DNA of 20,000 nucleotides from Trichomonas gallinae (Eukaryota): contig MRSU01007380.1 of the NCBI GenBank assembly GCA_008369845.1, forward strand, positions 56,280 through 76,279. The letters are read 5' to 3'. The translations under genes and the position numbers were made by a program. Below, one piece after another: positions 9,618-17,109 of this stretch (position 1 is the first letter of the stretch; every line of letters starts with the position of its first letter). The notes beneath the pieces were generated by a model that ran no database searches, was not told the origin of the DNA, and saw nothing but the letters and a program-made list of their open reading frames with translations.

Positions 9618-9890
9618 AATGGTTTATTTTAATTCCCTTTGACACTTTTATTTTACATGTCAAAATTATTTCATCATGTTTTGGTGTCAAAAATCGTCAT
9701 TTTTTAAAATTTTACATGTCAAATATTAAAATTTTGTAAATTTATTTGTCAAAATTATTGCGTCAAGTTTAGATGTCAAAAATTCACAAATAATTTAAAT
9801 TTACATGTCAAGAATAAACATTTTGCAATTTACTTGTCAAAAACATCTTGTCACGTTTATTTGTCACCTTTTCACAAGATATATTATCAG
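9618..9890. promoter_or_regulatory. Bidirectional promoter (BTB gene / TFIIA gene) with clustered TTTAnnTGTCA elements
   Basis: 273-bp divergent intergenic region with copies at 9652, 9711, 9741, 9768, 9800, 9829 and 9856, plus additional bare TGTCA/TGACA cores. Confidence 0.7.
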
Positions 9891-10541
9891 ATGGAAAGAT
9901 TGACAGATCAAAACACTATAGACATATACAATCAGATAATTGGTGATGTTACAGAGGCAATTCGCGAAATATGGAGAAGGAAGGGCAATGATCCTCGTAT
10001 TCTCGACAAATTCAGAGATAACTGGACATACGAGACGATGAAGGCTTGCGGAATTACAATGAATGCTCCAGAATCATTTGCACAACAAAAATCAGCAGAC
10101 AACATCCAAACCCTCGATCAAGTTTTTCAACAGTTTGGTCTCAACTTCCAAGCTCCTGCTCCTGAGCCCACCCAACAGGAAGCATCACAACAAAACGATC
10201 AGGAAGAAAAAGATGACGATGATGACTTCGAAGATATCCCAGATGGTGATGATAAGGAAGGTGAACAAAACAATGAGAAAGAGGCATCTTCTTCGTCATC
10301 AAGTTACACTTCTGATTCCTCAGATCACGAGTTTGATGATGATCCAGAACTTAAAGAACTTTTAACACAGGTTGAGACTGATTCTCAATTACTCTGCCAT
10401 TATACTAAGACCAAAGACAAAGGAAAGAAACACATTCAGGAATTCGAGCTTTCGCACATACATTTGACACATAATGGACAGCCATTATTTATAGCTAAAG
10501 GAACAATGTCATGCAAGAATAATAAGGCCAGATTTGGATAA
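9891..10541 (+). CDS. TOA1: General transcription factor TFIIA large (alpha/beta) subunit, divergent
   Basis: N-terminal helices (IYNQIIGDVTEAIREIW..G.DPRILDKFRDNW) resemble TFIIA-alpha. A Gln-rich then acidic linker follows. The C-terminal beta region (ETDSQLLCHYTKTK...FELSHIHLTHNGQPLFIAKG) resembles TFIIA-beta. The first ATG is at 9891; the track start at 9834 is a TTG inside the promoter. Confidence 0.82.
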   Translation: MERLTDQNTIDIYNQIIGDVTEAIREIWRRKGNDPRILDKFRDNWTYETMKACGITMNAPESFAQQKSADNIQTLDQVFQQFGLNFQAPAPEPTQQEASQQNDQEEKDDDDDFEDIPDGDDKEGEQNNEKEASSSSSSYTSDSSDHEFDDDPELKELLTQVETDSQLLCHYTKTKDKGKKHIQEFELSHIHLTHNGQPLFIAKGTMSCKNNKARFG

Positions 10542-11116
10542 TTATGTTTCTTTAAATGTATATTATATGAAATCACAAATATTTTTTATGTTTTTTTTAT
10601 TTTTTGTTTATGCCAGTTGTTCCAAGACTATGTGAATATATGCCAAATTTGTATTGTTTCAGTATTAAAATGCTTTAATTTCGATAAGAATTTTTGAATT
10701 TTCAAGATCGATTAGGATTGCACGTTTCTCATGATGGTTTTAATTTCCTAAGACTTTTTTTGTCATGAAACTTTAATCAAAAGAAACAAATTAAAAGAAG
10801 GATGAAAATTGTTAACCAATACATATGTTTCTGGAATGTTGATATGCGGAAAGTGTAAAGTGTATAATAACTTGGATTTGTCATTGCTTATTAGATCTAT
10901 TCATTCTTCTTCAAAAAATTCGAAATAATAGTTTTAATTTATTCCTGTGATGAATCATGACAAATGATAGCTATTTATGTTACTGTGATAAAGGGGTTTG
11001 ACAGTTTCATGATGACTCTTATATGAAGCATAAATTAAAGCCATTTATATATAGCTTAATTCAAGTAAATGATTGATAAATAAATTATATTTCAAATAAA
11101 TTCAAACAAAACTTTA

Positions 11117-12256
11117 TTAATATGAGTTAGGATCCCAAATTAACAGAGATCTATTTATATATCTGAAACCACGCGATTTCAAAAGCTTATATTCGTATTC
11201 CAATTTGTTCCATTCAGGAATGACAATATTAGTATCATCAACTTTATCAACGTAATGTAAATATTGTAGCGCTTGAATAATATCGCGCTCAGCAATTCCT
11301 GTGCGAACAACGATATCTCTCACATCATGTATCTCACTTCTATTCTCGACGAGCACTATCGTTATCATATTGATCCAGTAGCTCATGTATGTTTTCCTGC
11401 CCAAAGACGACAAAGGATGCTCAGGGATTCCATTCTTTTTCATCCTTCTCGCTAATTCATATGACAAGGAAATTAGAAGCGATCCATATCCTTTCTTTTG
11501 GTAAGGAGGTAAAGTGACAATGCAGCTGAGTATGTTTCCGTGATCGGACTCCCACTCCTGAGAGAAATAAGCGGCGATATGCGCGCCTTTATCGTCGCAT
11601 TCGCATAGTACGTAAAACTTGAAGCCTTCCACGTCATAGTATATAGTTTTCTGCTCTAAAAACAGTTTACAGAGAATTGTAAGGCACTGGCATGTGAATT
11701 TATCGCTGTATCCTATGATTTCGAAGATAGAAATGTTATCACATCTGTAGACTTCTTTTCCTGGAGGACAAAGTTCATTTGTTGTTTGTAAATGATTGTC
11801 TAGCTCTTCTTTAGTCATAAAATATGAAGCGCAGTGATCACAAACGTATAGTTCTTCGCATGAAATATAAGGATGCGGATATGGGGAATAATACCACGTG
11901 GGGATTACATACGGCCCATAATAGATTTTGCTGACTCCTCGTAGCTCTGATTTTTCTTTTTGAATGCGTTCGAAAATTACATTTACGGGATCTACGTTAT
12001 CATCTTCAGAATACTCGATTATTTCTTGCGAAATATCATAAGAAGGCGGTTCTATACCTTCCTCATATGCTATATTTTGAATAAAACGAATGCGTGAAAA
12101 ATCAATCCAAGTATCTTCTCTTTTGTCATGCAAATGGAAGTGAACATATGCTTTTTTATGTTCATCATCTATATTTAATACCTTTGCTCTTTCAAATTCG
12201 CGATGGATTTCATTATACGCAGAGACTCTATCTTTCACATCGAAACTTCTCTGCAT
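11117..12256 (-). CDS. MYST-family histone acetyltransferase (Esa1/Tip60/MOF-like) with tudor-knot/chromo-barrel domain
   Basis: Chromo-barrel YVHF..DKREDTWI; TWYYSPYP; C2HC finger (CDHC..H..C); PPGKEVYR; KLFLEQKTIYYDV; acetyl-CoA motif LSCIVTLPPYQKKGYG; catalytic Glu in PEHPLS. Start placed at the second ATG (12256) because an Inr-like TCATT lies just upstream; 12289 is the alternative. Confidence 0.95.
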   Translation of the reverse strand: MQRSFDVKDRVSAYNEIHREFERAKVLNIDDEHKKAYVHFHLHDKREDTWIDFSRIRFIQNIAYEEGIEPPSYDISQEIIEYSEDDNVDPVNVIFERIQKEKSELRGVSKIYYGPYVIPTWYYSPYPHPYISCEELYVCDHCASYFMTKEELDNHLQTTNELCPPGKEVYRCDNISIFEIIGYSDKFTCQCLTILCKLFLEQKTIYYDVEGFKFYVLCECDDKGAHIAAYFSQEWESDHGNILSCIVTLPPYQKKGYGSLLISLSYELARRMKKNGIPEHPLSSLGRKTYMSYWINMITIVLVENRSEIHDVRDIVVRTGIAERDIIQALQYLHYVDKVDDTNIVIPEWNKLEYEYKLLKSRGFRYINRSLLIWDPNSY

Positions 12257-12847
12257 TATAATAAAATGAAGTCTACGAACATAAAACATACATTATAATA
12301 ATTCAAAATATTCACATTATAATTAATTTTGCACTAATTAATTCAAAATAAGTTTGTTTTTCAGATTTTCGCAATTTGATTAAATTGATTGATCACATAT
12401 ATGAATACTATGAGTATATTATGTTTTCATCAAAAGTTCTACATTATTTTTTATTTAAAAATTCCGATTTTTTTTTTCATATATTTTCAAATGGTTATCG
12501 AGGTGTTATTATAAAATAGAAGATTTGGCTACAAAAGTATGCCGTAAGTAAGATATCAATCTCATTTCTAATAATTTTTTTACAAAAAAATCGAAACTGT
12601 AACTGAGAGTAATATATGTTATAATGGGTAATGCATACTATGCTTATGATGCATAGAGAAATATCCTGCTCTTGAAATGGGAATTTTTCCTTAATGAAAA
12701 TTCTCTCGAGTTTAAATGATTTTTGAATAATCGTTTTACAGTCAAATACAACTATAACAAAATCCGTATTATGCGATTTTTCATAAATTTCAAAATTTTT
12801 CCGACAGTTTTAAAATAATTTGCCAACACTTTTTCATGATTAGTTTC

Positions 12848-13671
12848 ATGGAGTTTGACCCAGTTAGCAGTGCTCATCTCATCCCATACATGATACAGAA
12901 CGATATACTCATTAGAGTTCTCGACCAGGACCAGTTGTCTGAGTGTTTGAAGCACATTATACTGAATGTTGACGAATCACTTTACATTCTCAATAAAGTT
13001 CAGTCTAAATACAAGGTATGAGACAGATTCAAGGCCTTCCACCATATTTTTACTGACTTTGGCGAAGACAGCAAATTCGATTCTATGAAGTTTGTTGAAT
13101 ATATAAAATCATTAGGTCGATGCCTTCATCTTGTAATCTTAGATTCTATTGCAGCCATTATTGAGTCTACATTCTTCAATATTGATCAAAAAACAATCAC
13201 AAAAACCTGTTCTCCATACGCTAACACAACAAACATCTAGATAGTAAACAAAACCAAATAGTAAACAAAAAAACAAATTGAAGAACTCAAAGAGATTCCG
13301 AAAACAGTAGAGGATATTGATAAAATCTACGAAATTTGTGAAAGATTTGCAACAGAAAACGACAAAGATGCCATACCGTTTGCCGTCTGAGAGAAATTTG
13401 TTTAGTGACAGGAAATGGTTATGTCTTTAATGTCTTCACTCAAGCTGCAGAATATAACAATAAAGAGTTGGTTCGTCTTTTGATCGAATCTGGAATTGGC
13501 ATTAACTGCAGAGACAAAGATAATAATACAGCTTTGATTTATGCTTCATTTCATGGTCATCATGAAGTTGTCAAACTCCTTCTCGAAGTTCCTGGAATAG
13601 ATGTCAACGCAAAAAACAAATACATTGGAATGAAACAGCTTTGGTTTAAGCTCACGATAAAAAAAATGTAA
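12848..13671 (+). pseudogene. Ankyrin-repeat protein pseudogene
   Basis: The frame from ATG 12848 (MEFDPVSS...) hits TGA at 13019-13021 and then continues coding-like (DRFKAFHHIF...). It is disrupted again near 13190-13280, has a second TGA at 13388-13390 and a frameshift near 13400. Clear ankyrin repeats follow (AAEYNNKELVRLLIESGIGINCRDKDNNTALIYASFHGHHEVVKLLLEVPGIDVNAKN). Confidence 0.85.
13241..13277 (+). repeat. Short tandem duplication (ATAGTAAACAAAA x2, 17-nt period) inside the ankyrin pseudogene
   Basis: atagtaaacaaaaccaa is directly followed by atagtaaacaaaaaaacaa. Confidence 0.7.
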
Positions 13672-13816
13672 AAATGTTAAAAAAACACTCAAAATCTTTA
13701 TATGGGTAATAGACTCCGAAAAATCAAAGATTTTACAAAATTATGCAAATAAATATTTAATTCCACACGAGATAAATCTATTTTCACATTATTGAACTAG
13801 GTTTCCAATGCTTTTG

Positions 13817-13862
13817 TTTACGTGTCAGATTTTTGACGATTGACAAATATTTACATGTCAAA
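13817..13862 (+). promoter_or_regulatory. Upstream element cluster of the pseudokinase gene
   Basis: TTTACGTGTCAG at 13817, TGACA at 13841 and TTTACATGTCAAA at 13850-13862. Confidence 0.55.
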
Positions 13863-14011
13863 TATTATATTTTCAGGAAAATAACATTAGAGAAACAAAA
13901 TTTTGAGCAGCTTTATTGGCAAAAGTTTCATATTATAAGATATAGAATCAATATATTAAATAATGAAAACCAAAATTTAAAACGTTCTTTTTTGAATTTT
14001 TAAAATTTTTG

Positions 14012-15220
14012 ATGCTGGAGAATGAATTTAAAGAAATATCTATGATCAGATGGTTTCCAGCATCGACTGTATATCTATGTGTGCACAAAAAATCAGGTGT
14101 TCACGTTAACATTGAGAAAATTCCGCATCCCAAACCTTTAACAATCGAAGAAGAGCATAAACTATCAGATGAAATCGGGAGAAGAAAAGTTTTGTCGAAT
14201 CTTTCTACATTCCAAAGAACTCTGGATATTATAAGAAAGAAAGAATACACATGGATAATTTCAGAAAACGTAGGAGGAAACAGGCTTCAAGATGTATTAG
14301 CAAATGGCCCACTTCCTATTGAACAAGCTCGTTATCTCTTTTTCCTATTAACTTATACGACAATCGAACTTCACAATAGAAATTACGCAATTTTAGACTG
14401 GGATCCAGAAAATTTCTACTTTTTCTCTACAATGTTCAAATTCACTAACTACAGGGCTCTCATTGCAACAGGAACTTACGAAAATACCGATTCTTTAATG
14501 TTTCTCGGAGATCCACGCTGGATGTCGCCAGAAAATCTAGCACCAGGTTCATATGATATAGCAACATCAAACATATTTTGTCTCGGACTTTATCTATATG
14601 CATTCCTTACAGGAAAATTATTTCCAACTCAACATGGAAAAGGAGATATGCGCTTAAACTACAAAAAACCTGACTTTCAAGAGCTAGAAGATACCGTTGA
14701 TAAGAATGCACTTGCTTTATTAAAAACATTATTTTTACCTCCTGATCAAAGGCCTTCTATTAGATCTATCTTGAACCACGCATTTCTCAAGCCAAGAGTT
14801 CCATTTCCACACTATCATCCACCATTAGAACTCGAAGCAAATGTCAGAGAATGGATTTTATACTTAAAACACGATCCAGAGATTTGTTTAGCTGAGTTAA
14901 AGGATCTAAATGTATCAGAAAATACATTAATGATAAATATAGCAATAACAGCAGCAGCAAAAGGCTTAAAACCGAACGCACAATCGAATATTAAAGCGCA
15001 AAAGCCGAAATTAGACAAAACTGATTTTATCATTCTCCCAGAAAAGATTGTTATTGATCTTGACATACAGCCTGAACCAGAGAAGCCTAAGAAACAAAAG
15101 AAAGATGATACTCAAGAACTTGATAAACTTATGAGTTTCTGCCGCAAGAGATTAGAAGAAAGAGGTGTAAGAGTGCAAACTATTGTACAAAATACAAGAC
15201 CCCAAACTGCTTTAATATAA
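14012..15220 (+). CDS. CAMK-like protein kinase-fold protein, predicted pseudokinase
   Basis: Kinase subdomain order is recognisable: VYLCVHKKSGVHVNIEKI, WIISENVGGNRLQD, ILDWDPEN, KFTNYR, GDPRWMSPE, NIFCLGLYLYAFLTG, PDQRPSIRSILNHAFL. ATG at 14012; the track start at 14009 is TTG. Confidence 0.85.
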   Translation: MLENEFKEISMIRWFPASTVYLCVHKKSGVHVNIEKIPHPKPLTIEEEHKLSDEIGRRKVLSNLSTFQRTLDIIRKKEYTWIISENVGGNRLQDVLANGPLPIEQARYLFFLLTYTTIELHNRNYAILDWDPENFYFFSTMFKFTNYRALIATGTYENTDSLMFLGDPRWMSPENLAPGSYDIATSNIFCLGLYLYAFLTGKLFPTQHGKGDMRLNYKKPDFQELEDTVDKNALALLKTLFLPPDQRPSIRSILNHAFLKPRVPFPHYHPPLELEANVREWILYLKHDPEICLAELKDLNVSENTLMINIAITAAAKGLKPNAQSNIKAQKPKLDKTDFIILPEKIVIDLDIQPEPEKPKKQKKDDTQELDKLMSFCRKRLEERGVRVQTIVQNTRPQTALI

Positions 15221-15498
15221 TATTATAATTTTTTTTTTTTCTTTTTGTCATAAATTGTTTGTATTTACTTTATACTCATGAAAATAATTCCAAATATTAA
15301 CTATCAAAAGTCAAATTTAATGATTAATAATTTTGATTTAAAAATCAAAAGAATTGATTTTAGTTAATATTATAATTCATAGTTATTGGGTTGTATATGA
15401 AGGATATATTAGAAAAAAATCATTTTTCACATAAAAATAAAATTGCTCAAATAAAATATCAATAAAAATAGCAAGTTAAGCTAAAATAAATGCAGTGT

Positions 15499-16284
15499 TT
15501 ACCTCGGTCTTATGATTCCATCATCAACTTTACATTGCTGACCCTTAATTAAAGGCGGAGGCGAATGAAGTGCAGCATTTTTAGATTCAACGGTATCATA
15601 CTCAATATATACAGTGCCGTGAGTGAAATATTTGCTTCTCACGGTTCCGTACTTTTGGAATATCGAAACGACGTCTTGGCCAACGTAAGTTTTGCTTAAT
15701 TCGCTAATCGTAATAGATTTAGAAATATCGAATGTATCAAGCCTACTCTTTCTCTGTCCGTCGGACTTGGGAGAAACGTAGGTAGAATTTGCGCGCATCG
15801 GAAGATTAACTGGCACAGGAGGCTGCGGCTGTGAAATAAACGCGTGTGGAGGCATACCTTGAAGTGGTATTGACAGCGCCTGCTCAGCACCGAGCAGTTG
15901 CACATCATAAGATTTGTAGCAGTAAAAAACATCATTAATAATAAACCATTTTCCTGAAAAGCGTTGTAATACGAATTCTTGACTGAAGAAGTACTCCATG
16001 GAGATTTGGTTTGCAGCTACAGTGCCGTAAGCAGTAACTAATAAATTATCATTGATTGTTTGAAATGAATGCGAGAAAACTTTGACGATTCCTGATATGA
16101 ATTCCTCAGGACAAACTTCACGAATTGGTTCATTTGCAATTTTGAATGTTATTGAAGAATTACAACTAAATCGACTGATTTTTGCATGAGAATTATAGAA
16201 TTTTTTAACTGCAGCGTAGTTATGGATTACCATGGGATAGTATGTCGCAATGAACTGACCGGCGACATCCTTATTATGGCTCAT
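15499..16284 (-). CDS. NTF2-like + RRM protein (G3BP/Rasputin/Bre5-like architecture)
   Basis: N-terminal NTF2 signature (VAGQFIATYY..VKKFY; FSQEFVL..KWFIINDVF), a Pro-rich linker, and a C-terminal RRM (SITISELS..VVSIFQKYGTV..GTVYIEYDTVESKNAAL..IKGQQCKV). Confidence 0.85.
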   Translation of the reverse strand: MSHNKDVAGQFIATYYPMVIHNYAAVKKFYNSHAKISRFSCNSSITFKIANEPIREVCPEEFISGIVKVFSHSFQTINDNLLVTAYGTVAANQISMEYFFSQEFVLQRFSGKWFIINDVFYCYKSYDVQLLGAEQALSIPLQGMPPHAFISQPQPPVPVNLPMRANSTYVSPKSDGQRKSRLDTFDISKSITISELSKTYVGQDVVSIFQKYGTVRSKYFTHGTVYIEYDTVESKNAALHSPPPLIKGQQCKVDDGIIRPR

Positions 16285-17109
16285 TCAAAAAAACAAAAAA
16301 TCAACAAAAAAAATTTGGAAAGCTCCACAAAATTGCAGGGTCTTTATAGGTGTCAGACCCTCATTAAGCTATATCTCTTGTGACAACAGAAGGTTTGCCA
16401 TTGAAACACTCAATTTTAAGTTCGCATCATCTTCAATATTTCTAGTATCCTCATAACAAATAGAATAATACCTTATAGTCTGGTATTAAGGTTTCTCGCG
16501 GCACTACTTCTGTGATTAAAAGTGTTAGACCTTAATTAATCAATTCTTTAATTAATTTCAGGGGTGAATTAACATCAGTCTCTCGTAAAACATATTCAAT
16601 CAATCATTTTGTTATAAAATAAAAGAATTTTGATATTGTTTAGATGCTGACTGGATATCCAGTTTTATATAATAACTTTTCATTCATGCTAAAACACTCT
16701 ATTTCAATGATGTGAAAGGTGATTATGATTAATTAACGATCTTTGAGTTATTGAAATATATTTATTACAATATAGAGAAATCGTTTGCTGTGAAATCGAT
16801 TAATAGGAACACTTTTCGTGATTATAAAGTGGATCCAAAAAATAAATAGAATATTGTTTTAATTTTCATGTGTTGATAAAATTAAGAAGTATAATTTGTA
16901 TATAATATAGCTATGTGCATGTATCATATCATTTGTATGTGATAAAAATGATTTTCTGAATGAATCTGAAGTAAGATTTCGGTCGATTTTGCGTGCAGAT
17001 GAAAAATAATAAGAAATTTGGTGTGCAAATGAGTAGCTGTAGCTATGTCTCTAATAGAAATTGTTGATATAAAATTTTGACACTTTTCCAATAGATGACA
17101 CTTTTTAAA

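Noticed and set aside
9652..9868. CRISPR-like reading of the regularly spaced motif cluster
   Set aside because: The repeats are only 13 bp and degenerate, the spacers are about 14-19 bp of AT-rich DNA, there are no cas genes, and the context is eukaryotic.
10542..11116. Long convergent intergenic region with two RTGATGA box C motifs (about 10947 and 11009) and short coding-like runs
   Set aside because: No matching CTGA box D downstream and no recognisable protein similarity.
16337..16361. Hairpin AGGGTCT-N11-AGACCCT, with nearby minus-strand ATGATG...CTGA (C/D-like boxes) and an Sm-like AATTTTGTGG
   Set aside because: Box C is imperfect, and I could find no terminal stem, convincing rRNA guide, or snRNA/RNase P/MRP conserved region. 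A 7-bp stem alone is weak; an Rfam scan would settle it.
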